From an uncultured bacterium (GTDB lineage: Bacteria > Cyanobacteriota > Cyanobacteriia > Thermostichales > Thermostichaceae): 64,000 nt of DNA. This document shows positions 20,947 through 32,726 of the stretch, piece after piece. Location: the NCBI GenBank assembly GCA_964443615.1, contig CAYUEE010000002.1, positions 32,076 to 96,075 of the forward strand, given 5' to 3'. The translations under genes were made by a program, and so were the position numbers. Within the stretch, counting starts at the first letter, position 1, and each line of letters begins with the position of its first letter. The notes beneath the pieces are model-generated. The model saw only the letters and a program-made list of their open reading frames with translations. It was not told the DNA's origin and searched no databases.

Positions 20947-23469
20947 TTAAGAGGAACTCTCGCTACCTCGCTGTACTATATCCTCTTCTAAAGGCATTGT
21001 CCGAATCGAGATCAAGCCATCCCCACTACTGAGTTTGAACACTTGAGTTCCGGATCCTGCTCGATCTTCTAGCGGTGCGTCTGGCATGGATCCCATCATC
21101 ATTTCACCCGCTTCTGATTGCCCGATCAACTGCACACCAGGATCCACTAATACGGCCCCTACCAGCCCATCTGTCTTCCGTTTGAACTGCATGGCTTGAA
21201 TACCAATCGCCCCACGTTCTACTAAGGCGTAATCTTCAATGGCGATTCGCTTAAGATACCCTAGGCGAGAGGCCAGTAACACTTCGCTTCTAGGAGGGGC
21301 CAAAACCAATCCTGCAATCGACTCCTTCTTGTGCAATCGCAGGGCCTGATTTCCCATCGCGGTTCGGCCCATCAAAGGCACCTGCACATCATCCACCGGT
21401 AACCGCAGGATCCGGCCCCCCGAGGTGACGATCACCACTGAATTTGTGTGAGTTTGAGACCCCTGATAGGTTAACGCCCACCCCAGCTCATCGTCCTCTT
21501 TCAACTTCAATGCAGTGGATCCTCGGCTCGTTAATCCAGTCAGTTCTGTTAAGTTCACCCGCTTGAGGCGACCTTTGCGACTGAGCACGATCAGGTCTTG
21601 ATGGGTATTCGCCGGATCCACAGGCAACACGGTCATTATGGTTTCAGTGGTTGGTAGTAGGGTCACCAAAGGGGTCCCTCGAGCTTGCCCAGAGGATAGG
21701 GGGATATCGGCAATTTTGAGCGTGTAGGCTCGCCCTGCCACCGTCAACACCAGTAGTTCCTGCGCTGAGGTGGTAAGGTATTCAGCGATCACTTGATCAT
21801 CACTGACTAGGTCCCGATGACTAGACTTACTGCGGGAGCGGCGTGATGGAATCGGCAGTCGACGGAGATACCCTTTTTGTGTTAGTTGGAGAATCGTCTG
21901 TGTGGGACTCTCCTGCTCAGGATCCGGACTATCCAGGGCTTCAGCTTGAATGTCAGCTTCTGTACGCACTTGCGTTCGACGGTCATCTCCATAGGCTTTC
22001 TTGAACTCGCGAAGTTGCTTTTTGAGATAATTCAGGAGCTTACGACGATCTTGCAACAGCCCCTCTAATTCTTCAATGCGAGCGCGGAGGGAATCGTATT
22101 CTGATTGTAATTTCTCCTGTTCCAATCCCGTCAGACGTCGCATCGGCATGGCTAAGATGGTGTCCGCCTGTAGGGCTGAACAGGCCAGAACCTCTTGTAA
22201 TTGGACTTTGGCGGTCGGCCCATCGGGGGCATGGCGCAGAAGATCAATCACAGTATCGAGCTGGGCTAAGGCGAGGAGCATCCCTTCGACCTCATCCGCC
22301 TTACGTTGCACCCGATCCAACTCAGCTTGAAAAATTCGAGTTAATGTCGCTTCCCGAAAATCGAGAAAGTGTTGGAGCAGCTCCTTCAGGCCCATTTGCC
22401 GGGGCTCCCCTTCCTGCAAGGCTAATAAAATTACCCCAAAATTAGACTGCAGCGGTGTGAGTTTGAACAACCGACCCAATACCGTTTGTGGATTGGTATC
22501 CTTGCGGAGTTCCACTACTACCCGAATCCCATTGCGATCTGACTCATCACGGAGATCGGAGATACCACTAACCCGATCCTGGGAGACCAACTCGGCCACT
22601 TTCTCAATCCAAGCCGCTTTGTTGACTTGATAGGGAAACTCGGTAATAACAATGGCCTGCCGTCGATGCCGCCCTTTGCCATGATGGATTTCTTCAAACT
22701 GAACACAGCCCCGCACCGTAATGGATCCTCGCCCTGTTTCATAGGCCTCTTGGATCCCTTTAGTATCAATAATTTGGCCCCCGGTGGGGAAGTCAGGCGC
22801 GGGAATTTTGCTCATCAATTCCGCAAGCGTGCACCCCGGTTTGTCCACCATCAATAACAACCCATCCACAATCTCGTTCAAATTATGGGGGGGAATATTC
22901 GTCGCCATACCAACGGCAATGCCGGAGGATCCGTTGATCAACAGTAGCGGTAGGCGGGCTGGGAGAATGGTGGGCTCTGACTGGGATCCGTCGAAGTTCG
23001 GCATGAACTCGACAATTGTGTCTCCGATATCCTCAAGGAGAGCCTGTTCGCCCATCGCGGCCAACCGGCATTCGGTGTAGCGCATGGCGGCGGGCGGATC
23101 GTTATCAATAGATCCGAAATTGCCATGACCGGCGATCAGGGGGTAGCGACTGGAGAAGTCCTGGGCCATGCGCACCAGAGCATCGTAGACCGCTTGATCG
23201 CCATGAGGATGGTATTTACCCAGAACGTCTCCGACGACGCGAGCACATTTGCGATAGGGGCGATCGGCAGTCAAACCCAGTTCATGCATGGCATACAGGA
23301 TCCGGCGATGTACAGGTTTAAGGCCATCACGTACGTCGGGAAGCGCCCGACCCACAATGACACTCATGGCATATTCAAGGTACGACTGCTGCATTTCGCC
23401 GTAGAGATCTGCCGGAATCACGCGCCCGATCCCGTTATCAAAACCATCCATCCTGAGTTGCTGGGTCAT
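20947..23469 (-). CDS. gyrA: Type IIA topoisomerase subunit A (DNA gyrase A-type)
   Basis: [33 protein letters not shown]...[18 protein letters not shown], plus the active-site AAMRYTE region and a C-terminal beta-pinwheel. ATG at 23469 is preferred over TTG at 23493. It could be a second GyrA paralogue. Confidence 0.92.
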   Translation of the reverse strand: MTQQLRMDGFDNGIGRVIPADLYGEMQQSYLEYAMSVIVGRALPDVRDGLKPVHRRILYAMHELGLTADRPYRKCARVVGDVLGKYHPHGDQAVYDALVRMAQDFSSRYPLIAGHGNFGSIDNDPPAAMRYTECRLAAMGEQALLEDIGDTIVEFMPNFDGSQSEPTILPARLPLLLINGSSGIAVGMATNIPPHNLNEIVDGLLLMVDKPGCTLAELMSKIPAPDFPTGGQIIDTKGIQEAYETGRGSITVRGCVQFEEIHHGKGRHRRQAIVITEFPYQVNKAAWIEKVAELVSQDRVSGISDLRDESDRNGIRVVVELRKDTNPQTVLGRLFKLTPLQSNFGVILLALQEGEPRQMGLKELLQHFLDFREATLTRIFQAELDRVQRKADEVEGMLLALAQLDTVIDLLRHAPDGPTAKVQLQEVLACSALQADTILAMPMRRLTGLEQEKLQSEYDSLRARIEELEGLLQDRRKLLNYLKKQLREFKKAYGDDRRTQVRTEADIQAEALDSPDPEQESPTQTILQLTQKGYLRRLPIPSRRSRSKSSHRDLVSDDQVIAEYLTTSAQELLVLTVAGRAYTLKIADIPLSSGQARGTPLVTLLPTTETIMTVLPVDPANTHQDLIVLSRKGRLKRVNLTELTGLTSRGSTALKLKEDDELGWALTYQGSQTHTNSVVIVTSGGRILRLPVDDVQVPLMGRTAMGNQALRLHKKESIAGLVLAPPRSEVLLASRLGYLKRIAIEDYALVERGAIGIQAMQFKRKTDGLVGAVLVDPGVQLIGQSEAGEMMMGSMPDAPLEDRAGSGTQVFKLSSGDGLISIRTMPLEEDIVQRGSESSS

Positions 23470-23946
23470 GGGAGTATCTGCCGATGTCTTCAAATACAGA
23501 GGAGCCTAGGGCTAGAGTGTAGAGCCGATCCGGAGATCATGGCCATCCCCGATGGACTTACCCTATCAAGATTCATCACTTTATCAAGACTGATTCAGGT
23601 GCGGTCAAGCTTGTGATCTCCAAATTGATGGTTCTACCTCAGGCGTCTGCCTCACTCCGAAATCCTAACGTGATTGTTCCTGTCTGCATTAGGAAGGAGG
23701 TAGCTACTCCCTTGAGGTTCATGTCGAACTGGATCCTAATCACTCAGGGGAGATTGGCTTGATCCGACGGATCCCACTGGAGACTCTGACTGAGGAACAG
23801 CTGGAGAAGCTTATAGACTGTCACTCTGAACTTGCACTAGAACGATGCGCTAATGCTGGGATCCTTAGACCTATAGCAGGGGTAGTTTTTACTTAGCTTG
23901 ACTGTTCCGTCCCTCTGTGTCCCAACTTGTAGTTACAACTCTCCAA

Positions 23947-26874
23947 CTAAATGGAATTGACGGGCGGGGATTCCTGAGTCAGCAGAGATCGTACAGTCTT
24001 CAAAAGGTTTCGAGGATCCACAGGTTTGCTCATGTAAGCTGTGGCCCCCAAACTTATGGCCCGCTGCTGGTGACGTTCTCCACTTCGAGAGGTCAACAGA
24101 GCTACTGGCAAGGCATGCCAATGAGAATGAGCTCGAATCGATTGTAGAAGCTCGAATCCTGTAATCCGAGGCATTTCAATATCAGTAATAATCAGATCAA
24201 CGTCTCCCTGGCGTTGCCGCAACTCATCCAGAGCCTCTTGACCATCCCGGCAAGCAATGATTGTATACCCGGCTTGACTTAAAATCTTCTCAACTGCCCG
24301 TCGCGTTGCGACAGAATCCTCAGCAATCAGGATGGTAGGCACACTAGTCTTAATTGATTGAGTGGATGTCACAGTGGGTCGGTAATCCTTTAACAAGGAT
24401 CCGAATTGGTAAGGTAGCATTACGGGCACCACCTCCCCGGTACCCAATATCGTGCATCCAGCCACATATGAGGGCACCACAATTGTGTCATCAAACGGTT
24501 TCAGTACCATCTGCCGTTCACCCAACAGGGCATCAACAGAAATCGCAACAGGAGTCTCGGAGCCACTGAGGACAATCACAACCCGAGGATGAACTTCATC
24601 AGCTGGAGCTTGGGCATAAGGTAATAGTTTCGTGAGTGAAATTAACGGAATAGGTTCCCCTCGCCAGGGCACCAATTGGAGGCCGGAACTGATGTCAGTG
24701 GACTCGGAGGCTTTAGACTCAGAGGCTTTGGTAATAAAATCCCGGTACGCCATAATTTCCAACACACTGGTAGCCGGGATCCCGATAATTTGTCGTTGAG
24801 ATTGACATAGGATTAAAGGCAGCAAGTTCAATCCTAAAGGTAACCGCACCGTAAAGGTCGTACCTTGCCCAGGTAATGTGTCAACTTCAAGATTTCCCCG
24901 CAACTGTGCAATCTGTCCCCGCACCACATCTAGCCCGACTCCACGTCCTGAGACATCACTTACCTGAGCTGCCGTTGAAAATCCCGGTTGAAAGATGAAA
25001 TTGAGAATACTGTCTCGTGTCAGTTGTGCCATTTCCACTGTGGATGGACACAGTTTGCGTTCAATCGCTTTCCGGTACACTCGGTTCAAATCAATCCCTT
25101 TCCCATCATCCTGGAAGCTGATGACCACCTGATTTCCCTCTAGGGCCGCCTCCAACTTGATGGATCCTGACTCCGGTTTACCTAAGGAGAATCGCTCCTC
25201 GGGTGTTTCCAAACCATGGTCAACAGCATTGTTCAATAAATGCATAAATGGGGTTTGCAATTGCTCCAGGAGGACCTGATCAACCAAGACCTCCCCACCG
25301 ACAATCATCAGCGCTGCTCTCTTTCCACAGCGGCGGGCCAAACTATTCACACGAGGAATGAATCGCTGCGCCAATGTTTGAAAGGCCACCAAGCGAGAAC
25401 GCGTCACGTTAGAGTAGAGGGCATCCAACTCTCTGCGTCCCTGCTCCACGTCTTCCAACAGTTCGCGATTAACAAGATCCACATCCGAGCGGGTTTCCTG
25501 AATGCGAGTTATCAATTCCTCAAAATTTTGCAAACTTGTGTGTAAAGCCGTATAGCGGTCTAGTTCTAGAGGGTCGAACTCACCAAGGGATCCATGACCA
25601 TTGCGCGTGCCCATGTGTTGAGTGGACATCTGATCGTAGAGCAGCTGCACTTGATCTCGTAGAGGTTGAAACTGTTGAGATAATCGTTGTAACTCGTGAC
25701 TAGCCTGTTTCAGTTGCTGCTGCTGAATCGCCAGTCGTTCATAGCGAATGATGAGCTCTCCCACTTGGTCTGTCATATCTTCCAGTCGACTTAGTGGGAT
25801 CCTAATCTGAGCCTGAGGGGTAGGTGCTTCAACTTGGGTTTCAGTGGAATTGTTCTCAACCACCGGTGGTGATGGAGGATCGGGTTGACCCAAGAGCGCT
25901 TCAATTTGATCCTCAATAACCTGTTTGTGCTCAGCTTCATTAGATGATAACTCCTCAAAAAGGTCGCCATCCAAAGAGCTGCCTTGCAGAAGGTCTTCTT
26001 CAAGAGAACTGCTTTCGAAGAAGTCACCTTCAATTGAGCTGTTCTCAAAAAAGCTATCCTCTAATGGATCAACGACTGGATCAGTAATGGTCAGTGAAGA
26101 TTGAGTGGGCCCTCCTTGCGACTGCAAAAACTCAGCCCGCTGTTCACGAATATGTTCAATAACCAAGCTGATCACAGCAGGTAGGGGAGGATCCGTTTGG
26201 GGCTGCTCCACTGCTTGACGCAGCGCCTGGGCTGCTGCTGCCAGCCAATCCAAACTCAGAGTCTCGGCGAGCAATGAACACTCTTCGACAAATTCACTGA
26301 TTCCCCCCTCAATATCCGGTCCCCCAAAGATTGGATCCGGATCAGGCTCCTGCTTCAAGAGATCCTCGACCCGAGTCAAACAGTCTTCTAAATCGACTTC
26401 TAACGCTGCTTTCACTAGCGGAAAGGGAGCCGTTGCCTTCATCGGCAGATCTTGTAATTGAACCGATTGAGTGGGCAGGTTCGCTAAGTATTGCTCCAAC
26501 ACCTCAAGTAGAGCCGGATCTACAGCCGCGTCAGACCGGGTTGCCGCTTCATCTAGAACAAACGCTATTTCCTCTACGCCCCGCTCGGCTAGTTGCATTG
26601 CCGATTCTGGTTCAGGGAGGCGATTATCCCGCATGGCCTCATATAAGTCCTCTAATTTGTGCGCTAACTTACCTAAGCTAGGAAGCTGGGCTAATCCGGC
26701 CCCCCCTTTCAAGGAGTGTGCCGCTCGTAATACGGATCCATAATCTATTGCCTCTGGTGTCGTGAGATTAGATTGGAGCGTCGCCAGATACTCAGGTGCA
26801 TCTTCTTCTAAGAAGCACTGGCGAGCTTCCTGGGCAATCGACTCAAGTAGATCAGGATCGATATGAGTGGACAT
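23947..26874 (-). CDS. Hybrid CheA-type histidine kinase (Hpt, dimerisation, HATPase, CheW-like and receiver domains), Pil/Tax family
   Basis: Hpt motif AAHSLKGGAGLA; HATPase motifs DDGKGID and GRGVGLDVV; a CheW-like region; and a C-terminal receiver (ILIAEDS...DLIITDIEMP...K). Confidence 0.93.
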   Translation of the reverse strand: MSTHIDPDLLESIAQEARQCFLEEDAPEYLATLQSNLTTPEAIDYGSVLRAAHSLKGGAGLAQLPSLGKLAHKLEDLYEAMRDNRLPEPESAMQLAERGVEEIAFVLDEAATRSDAAVDPALLEVLEQYLANLPTQSVQLQDLPMKATAPFPLVKAALEVDLEDCLTRVEDLLKQEPDPDPIFGGPDIEGGISEFVEECSLLAETLSLDWLAAAAQALRQAVEQPQTDPPLPAVISLVIEHIREQRAEFLQSQGGPTQSSLTITDPVVDPLEDSFFENSSIEGDFFESSSLEEDLLQGSSLDGDLFEELSSNEAEHKQVIEDQIEALLGQPDPPSPPVVENNSTETQVEAPTPQAQIRIPLSRLEDMTDQVGELIIRYERLAIQQQQLKQASHELQRLSQQFQPLRDQVQLLYDQMSTQHMGTRNGHGSLGEFDPLELDRYTALHTSLQNFEELITRIQETRSDVDLVNRELLEDVEQGRRELDALYSNVTRSRLVAFQTLAQRFIPRVNSLARRCGKRAALMIVGGEVLVDQVLLEQLQTPFMHLLNNAVDHGLETPEERFSLGKPESGSIKLEAALEGNQVVISFQDDGKGIDLNRVYRKAIERKLCPSTVEMAQLTRDSILNFIFQPGFSTAAQVSDVSGRGVGLDVVRGQIAQLRGNLEVDTLPGQGTTFTVRLPLGLNLLPLILCQSQRQIIGIPATSVLEIMAYRDFITKASESKASESTDISSGLQLVPWRGEPIPLISLTKLLPYAQAPADEVHPRVVIVLSGSETPVAISVDALLGERQMVLKPFDDTIVVPSYVAGCTILGTGEVVPVMLPYQFGSLLKDYRPTVTSTQSIKTSVPTILIAEDSVATRRAVEKILSQAGYTIIACRDGQEALDELRQRQGDVDLIITDIEMPRITGFELLQSIRAHSHWHALPVALLTSRSGERHQQRAISLGATAYMSKPVDPRNLLKTVRSLLTQESPPVNSI

Positions 26875-26883
26875 AACACCGGC

Positions 26884-29655
26884 CTATGGTTCTAAGCGGA
26901 AGCGGGACATGGACTGCTCAAGACTCTGGACCTCACGAGTTAAATTCTGTAGAGTCGCTGCAACTGTCTGAGCATCCTCAGCGGTTAGTTGAGCTGTTGA
27001 GACAACGTGCTGCATCGTCTGATTCATTTGACGCGATGTATCAGATTGCGCACTCGTACTGCCCGAGATCGTCTGGAGATAAGAGTCAATACGCTGGCTC
27101 ACGGTGGCCAAGTTCTGTAGTGTCAACTGAACCTGACCTACTAGCTCACTCCCTTGGGTTACCTGCGTTGTGCTCTCAGACATCGCTTGCTGTACATCCG
27201 TCGACTCCACCTGAATTGTACTAGCCAGCTGTTCAATCGACTTTGTGGCTTCAGTCACTTGCTGAGCTAGATTTCGAACTTCATCTGCAACCACCCGGAA
27301 CCCGCGCCCGTGTTCACCGGCTCGCATTGCTTCTACTGAGGCGTTGAAGGCTAGTAGATGCGTCCGCTCGGAAATCCCTGAGATCACAGCCGCGATCTTA
27401 GCAATCTCCTGAGACGACTGAGCCAGTCGCTCTACTTTAAGTGCTGTCCCTGCCACTGCCGTGCGAACCTTATCCATATTCGCCGCCGCCACATCTATCG
27501 AGCGATCCCCTTCTTGTGCTTCAAATGAGGCTTGCTGTGCGATGATGGCAGCCTCTTTCGCTGACTGAGCCACCTTTTGAACCGAGGTATCCACCGTATC
27601 GACGGCTGTGAGAGCCTTAGTCACTTCTTCTGACTGCTCTAAAGCATTAACGGATAGCTGTTGAACAGAAACGGATCCGTGTTGGGCCAGTTGGGTCACC
27701 TGTAGGGTTACTGTTTTGACCTGCATTACCAGCTGCCGTAAGCTACTAATGGTGCTGTTAAACGCATCAGCAATAGATCCGATTGCTCCATCTGTCATAG
27801 AAGCTTGCACTGTCAGATCACCATAACGAGCCCCCTCAATATCTAATAGCAGGTTAATCACACCCCGCTGCAGCGCTTCCTTTTCGTGCCGCTGTTCCTC
27901 GGCCTCTTGTCGCCGTAACCCTTCCTGCTGTTTGAGAGCTAGGAGGTTTTCTTCAATCGCTGTGGCCATCTTATTCATTTCAATTGTCAGGGTCCCAATC
28001 TCATCCTGTCGCTCCCCAGGATCCACTCTGACGCCCTGCTGACCTGCTCCCACCCGCTGCGCAAACAGAGCTAGATCTTGAATTGGAGTGACCACGACGC
28101 CTGAGGCCAGAATGGCGACGCCAGCCGTCAACCCTAGTAGCACAAGTCCTGCCACTAGGTTGAGACGGATCTGACGATTACGATTCTCAACGAGGAGAGC
28201 TTCCGCCTCGCCTACCCCCACAACACCCACTCGCTCACCTTGAAAGTTGATGAGGGGCGCGTAACGCATCAGATACCCTTGACTGCCTAACTGAACTAAT
28301 TTGAAGATCTGATCTTGCTCGGCATCGTAGATGGCGGTGGCGACATCGTCAGGTAGAGGGGAACCAATCGCCCGAGTCTGGTTGTCTGAGTAGGGGGCTG
28401 TTGTCCCCACGAGTACCTCTTGAGCGAAGATTGAAGCAATTGGGACACCATAAATCTCCTGAAAGTTATCTGTGAGCGGGTGATTCCGGTTCAGCAAACT
28501 CCCAACCATCACCGCCCCGATAATGTTTCCCTGTAGAGAGACGGGATGAATTGCCATACTGGCCAGCCCTGACTCGAAGGATCCTTCCCCCGCTTCGGGC
28601 CTCAACGGAATTGTGGCTTGGGAGTCGAGGCCTAATCGAGGCAAAACATCGGCAGAGAGTAATTCTACACTAGTGATCGCTTCTTCACGGTTGAACATTG
28701 CTTCAACAATGGGTAAATCTCCCAGTTCAGATCCGGGTGGGAGCGAGACTGTACGATGTTCAATCGTTGCTGTATCAGACGGTAATTCTGGATAGGACGA
28801 AAAGTCCTCCACATAGAGCTGAGAAAACTGCACTACGGCACGCCCAGACCGATCGAGAATTACCCGAAAGTTTTTCGTTAATTCTGGGGCTGGGTCATCA
28901 AAGGCCCCAAACGCATCAAACAACACGGTCTGAAGATAAACTCGATTTGCTTGAATAGATTCAGAATCGTTTAAATTTACCTCAGCATCTTGAATGAGCC
29001 GAGCAATTGAGGCTGCTTGCGGCAAACTCTCATTCCCAATCCAGAGTACATACTCCTCTTCAAACGCTGTGCCAGCCTGAGCGAGATCATCACGGAACGC
29101 TGCACTAAAGTTTTGTTGGGTTACAACAACGTTGGCTACCGTGAGTGCGGCAACAGGGACAGCAGCTACAGCTGTTAACAAGAGAGTAATCCGGCCCCGC
29201 AAGTTTAGGGCCTGCCACCCACCCTTACCTTTCGGTGGTGGAACTGAAGCTGATGAATCGACGAAAGTTGGAGGGGCTGAGTAGTGTGTGACAGGATCGG
29301 CTGACGGTTCTAAAACTGTACTATCGGCCACTAGAGTCGCGGTTTCCGCCATGCCATCAAGAGCCTGCTGAGCCATACTCCCAAATATCCCGGCTGGATC
29401 CGAGGTAATTACCTGTTGATAGAGAGTTCTAGCTCGGTCCAAGTCTCCGTCTTGCTCCGCCGCATTCGCCTCAAAAATGATATCCATCAGTTGAGGGTCT
29501 GCACTTGAGTTTAGGTCCGATGTCATTACAGCTGACACTGATGCGTGAGACGGATCCTCGATCGCAGCATCTTTCCGAGAAACGTTATCTACCATGAGAT
29601 AGAGCCTATCGCCTACAAAACAGGAGTGACATCCCCACGCAGTGAGGGGCCTCAC
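26884..29655 (-). CDS. Methyl-accepting chemotaxis protein (PilJ/TaxD-like) with a large N-terminal sensor region
   Basis: Two TM segments flank a periplasmic region of about 330 aa. A HAMP domain follows, then the MCP signalling domain ([31 protein letters not shown]). The start is uncertain; ATG at 29595 is an alternative. Confidence 0.9.
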   Translation of the reverse strand: MRPLTAWGCHSCFVGDRLYLMVDNVSRKDAAIEDPSHASVSAVMTSDLNSSADPQLMDIIFEANAAEQDGDLDRARTLYQQVITSDPAGIFGSMAQQALDGMAETATLVADSTVLEPSADPVTHYSAPPTFVDSSASVPPPKGKGGWQALNLRGRITLLLTAVAAVPVAALTVANVVVTQQNFSAAFRDDLAQAGTAFEEEYVLWIGNESLPQAASIARLIQDAEVNLNDSESIQANRVYLQTVLFDAFGAFDDPAPELTKNFRVILDRSGRAVVQFSQLYVEDFSSYPELPSDTATIEHRTVSLPPGSELGDLPIVEAMFNREEAITSVELLSADVLPRLGLDSQATIPLRPEAGEGSFESGLASMAIHPVSLQGNIIGAVMVGSLLNRNHPLTDNFQEIYGVPIASIFAQEVLVGTTAPYSDNQTRAIGSPLPDDVATAIYDAEQDQIFKLVQLGSQGYLMRYAPLINFQGERVGVVGVGEAEALLVENRNRQIRLNLVAGLVLLGLTAGVAILASGVVVTPIQDLALFAQRVGAGQQGVRVDPGERQDEIGTLTIEMNKMATAIEENLLALKQQEGLRRQEAEEQRHEKEALQRGVINLLLDIEGARYGDLTVQASMTDGAIGSIADAFNSTISSLRQLVMQVKTVTLQVTQLAQHGSVSVQQLSVNALEQSEEVTKALTAVDTVDTSVQKVAQSAKEAAIIAQQASFEAQEGDRSIDVAAANMDKVRTAVAGTALKVERLAQSSQEIAKIAAVISGISERTHLLAFNASVEAMRAGEHGRGFRVVADEVRNLAQQVTEATKSIEQLASTIQVESTDVQQAMSESTTQVTQGSELVGQVQLTLQNLATVSQRIDSYLQTISGSTSAQSDTSRQMNQTMQHVVSTAQLTAEDAQTVAATLQNLTREVQSLEQSMSRFRLEP

Positions 29656-29818
29656 AGGATAAGGGCTAGGAGTATCTGGAGCGACTATCCCCGAGACAGA
29701 ATTACTATACCGTGATCATGCGGGAACGTGGAGTACTGGGGCACACATAACTAAGGCTTTAAACTAATTTTCGTTATCAAATTCGATAGCTTCGCCTCAA
29801 GCTTTATTGGTAGTCTGA

Positions 29819-30183
29819 TTAGCTAGCGTACTGACTCACCAATCCGAGTAGCTCTTTGGGGGCATAGGGCTTGGCAATATAGGCATTCCCACCTTGACGG
29901 AGGGCCCAGAACTTATCGAACTGTTCTCGCTTGGAGCTGCAGAAGATGATGGGAACCGTCGCTAAGGCTTGGTTTGCTCGAATCGTGCGACAGAGCTCCA
30001 GGCCACTCTGTCCTGGCATCACAATATCTAGCAAAATAAGATTAGGGAGATCATTTGACTGTAACCAGGTCCAGGCCTCCTCTGCTGTACCGCAAACACT
30101 AACCTCAAACCCAGCTTGAGTTAGAAGTCCAGCCGCAACCTGTTGTTCAGCCTGACCATCTTCAACGACGAGTATTCTTTTCA
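29819..30183 (-). CDS. CheY-like single-domain response regulator
   Basis: From ATG at 30183: MKRILVVEDG...DLILLDIVMPGQSG...SSK...AYIAKP. These are canonical receiver residues. Confidence 0.9.
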
Positions 30184-30420
30184 TGAGCTGACTTCCCTGA
30201 CCTAATCTAATCTTGAGGGGATCCTGCTCCCACGATACAGCAAGACATCCCGTCCTGAGTGGCGTTCCCCAGTAGTTCAAAAGCCAGGGGCAACATCAGT
30301 ACCCTCTTGAGACATATGTACAACCTCCCCAACTCCCTGTCTTTGAACTTGAATGCTGTAGTAGGCGAATTGTTTAGCCAAACCTAAGGATAAAGTATTG
30401 TGCAAACACTATATTCCGAC

Positions 30421-30449
30421 AAAAAACAGGATCCAATGATGGATCCCGT
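30421..30449 (-). terminator. Intrinsic terminator downstream of proX
   Basis: On the minus strand: ACGGGATCC, ATCATT, GGATCCTG, then TTTTTT. The 8-bp stem is formed by two GGATCC copies. It lies about 36 nt after the stop. Confidence 0.6.
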
Positions 30450-30484
30450 CAACTTTTAAGTATGTTGGAGAGTTCTGCTACGGT

Positions 30485-31510
30485 CTAGCTAGCGGCTTCC
30501 ATTGCTGCTTCAATCCAGCTATCAAACATCTCTTGATTCTCAGACACCCACTCTTCGGCATGGCGGCGAATATCTTCTGGTGTATCTTCCCCTTCTTGCA
30601 TTAAGAGGTTCTGGGAAGAGATATCTAAGATGGGGATTTGAACAGACTCAAGGAAAGCGGCGGCAGCTGGGTTGTCGGCTAAGAACTCGTTGTTAGCGAC
30701 AATTCGCTGACGGTCGTTTTTGAAACCAAGGTTTTTACCCTGAGCCATTGTTTCATCTTCGGAGACTTCACCAACTTCTTCAGGGAGAGAGGTGAAGGGC
30801 ACTTCAATCCACTCAACATCTTCACCAGGTTGCAGTCGGCCAGTTACCCAGTAAGGTGTCCAGGTGTAAAACAGAATGGGCTCGCCCTGCTCAAACCGGG
30901 TAATAGTATCAGCCATCAAAGCGTCGTACTTACCTTGGTCATGCTCAATGGAGTCCCGTAAACCATACTCATCTAGGTGGTGCTCAATTACGACTTCACA
31001 CCCCCAGCCAGGATTACATCCCGTTAGATTGGCCTTACCGTCGTCATCACTGTCAAATCGAGCAATGACCTCAGGATCCTCGAACTGCTCAATGCTGGTG
31101 ATACCAGATTCATAGGATTCCTTATCAATCAGGTAGCCTTGGATCGTGTCATCAACCAAGACAGTCAGGCGTGACATCGTATCGTCGCCGCCATTCTCTT
31201 GGTAAAAACCGTTGTGAAGGTTCTCCCAATGAACAGGTGCGTAGTCAATATCCCCGCTGGCAAGTGCCACGTGCATGGTGACATACTCAACTTCACGGGC
31301 ATCCTGAACGTCGTAGCCCAGCTTTTCCATGCCAATGTTGACAATCTCAGTCTGGAACAACTCACCTAGCACTGAGAAGGAGGGTGTTGCTTCAACCCCG
31401 TCTCCAGGCATGCTGGTGTCAGCCTGCACAGTAGATTGATGAGTGGCTACGCCGAGGGTCAGTGCCGCTGCACCAGCGACAGCAAGAACAGAGGTACGAT
31501 TCAATTTCAT
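30485..31510 (-). CDS. proX: Glycine betaine/proline ABC transporter substrate-binding protein
   Basis: Signal peptide plus an OpuAC/ProX-like sequence (GCNPGWGCEV, YTWTPYWV). ATG at 31510 is preferred over TTG at 31540. Confidence 0.9.
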   Translation of the reverse strand: MKLNRTSVLAVAGAAALTLGVATHQSTVQADTSMPGDGVEATPSFSVLGELFQTEIVNIGMEKLGYDVQDAREVEYVTMHVALASGDIDYAPVHWENLHNGFYQENGGDDTMSRLTVLVDDTIQGYLIDKESYESGITSIEQFEDPEVIARFDSDDDGKANLTGCNPGWGCEVVIEHHLDEYGLRDSIEHDQGKYDALMADTITRFEQGEPILFYTWTPYWVTGRLQPGEDVEWIEVPFTSLPEEVGEVSEDETMAQGKNLGFKNDRQRIVANNEFLADNPAAAAFLESVQIPILDISSQNLLMQEGEDTPEDIRRHAEEWVSENQEMFDSWIEAAMEAAS

Positions 31511-31664
31511 AAGTTGCTTTTTGAACGCGTCAGAGGTCAATTGGGTTAAGAGTTGAGACCGTCCAAGATCCAGAAAAGTTCCTGATCTTACACTATGTCT
31601 ACGGATCCTTAACCGTAGGTTAGAGCCTAGTTGCAGATCTCTAAAATTTGCTAAGGCTACTCGA

Positions 31665-32645
31665 TCAAGCTTCAGAGGGTGTTTTTGTGTCCTGGGACCG
31701 AGTCAGAGACAGGATAAAGCCTAGAGGACCTCGCTGCAGAAAAGGCGTCCGGCTAGGCTGCCCCAGTGCTTGAGTAACCCGATCCAAGATGATGGCGACA
31801 ATGACAATCCCTAGCCCACCCGTTGAAGCTAGGGCAATATCTAGGCGTCCAATCGCCCGGTTTACCATCTGGCCTAACCCTTCAACACCAATTAGTGAGG
31901 CAATCACAACCATAGAGAGTGACAACATAATGGATTGGTTCAGTCCGGCTAGGATAGTTTTCATGGCCAAGGGAACCTGAGCTTCCCATAGGACTTGGGT
32001 TGGAGTGGATCCGAAAGCTAAAGCTGCCTCAATGACATCCTCCTGAACTTGTCGGATCCCCAGATTGGTTAAACGAATAATCGGAGGTACTGCAAAGATG
32101 AAGGTCACAATCACACCGGGCACCTCGCCAATGCCAAACAGCATAACGACTGGAACCAGGTAGACGAAAGCAGGCAGGGTTTGCATGGCATCCAGCATGG
32201 GCCGCAGTACCGCTTCCACCCGATCATTGGTCGCACTAAAAATGCCCAGAGGGATCCCAACTGCCGCACAGAAGGCAACAGCTGTGATCACCAGAGCTAA
32301 GGTCGTCATTGCCTCTTCCCAAGCCCCCATAAGACCCACCAGTAACATGCCAATAAAGCTCAAGATAGCAACATTGGGCTTCGTCACCTGCCAGATGACT
32401 AATGGCATCACGAGGAGGAAAAGCAGAGGGGGAATAGCTTGAAGCAGGTCTTCAATCCCTGCCAATGCTAATGCAATGGGAACACGCACTGCCTGGAAAA
32501 AAGGGCGGAAATTATCAACCACCCACTGAATTACCACTTCAATCCAATCACCTAGGGGCAGAATAGTGTCTTGAAATGGATCCAAAATCATTAGATGATC
32601 TAACACGTGATCTCCCTGAAAATTACCCAACAAATCATGCATCAC
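31665..32645 (-). CDS. proW: Glycine betaine/proline ABC transporter permease
   Basis: 326 aa polytopic protein with an EAA-type loop (EDVIEAALAFGSTPTQVLWEAQVPLA). Confidence 0.92.
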   Translation of the reverse strand: MMHDLLGNFQGDHVLDHLMILDPFQDTILPLGDWIEVVIQWVVDNFRPFFQAVRVPIALALAGIEDLLQAIPPLLFLLVMPLVIWQVTKPNVAILSFIGMLLVGLMGAWEEAMTTLALVITAVAFCAAVGIPLGIFSATNDRVEAVLRPMLDAMQTLPAFVYLVPVVMLFGIGEVPGVIVTFIFAVPPIIRLTNLGIRQVQEDVIEAALAFGSTPTQVLWEAQVPLAMKTILAGLNQSIMLSLSMVVIASLIGVEGLGQMVNRAIGRLDIALASTGGLGIVIVAIILDRVTQALGQPSRTPFLQRGPLGFILSLTRSQDTKTPSEA

Positions 32646-32726
32646 TCATTTGCTTCAGTGCCGTTGAAAAACTTACCTAAGCACTTCTAGTCCGTTGAGG
32701 CTTGACTAACCTTTTTCACTGTAGAA

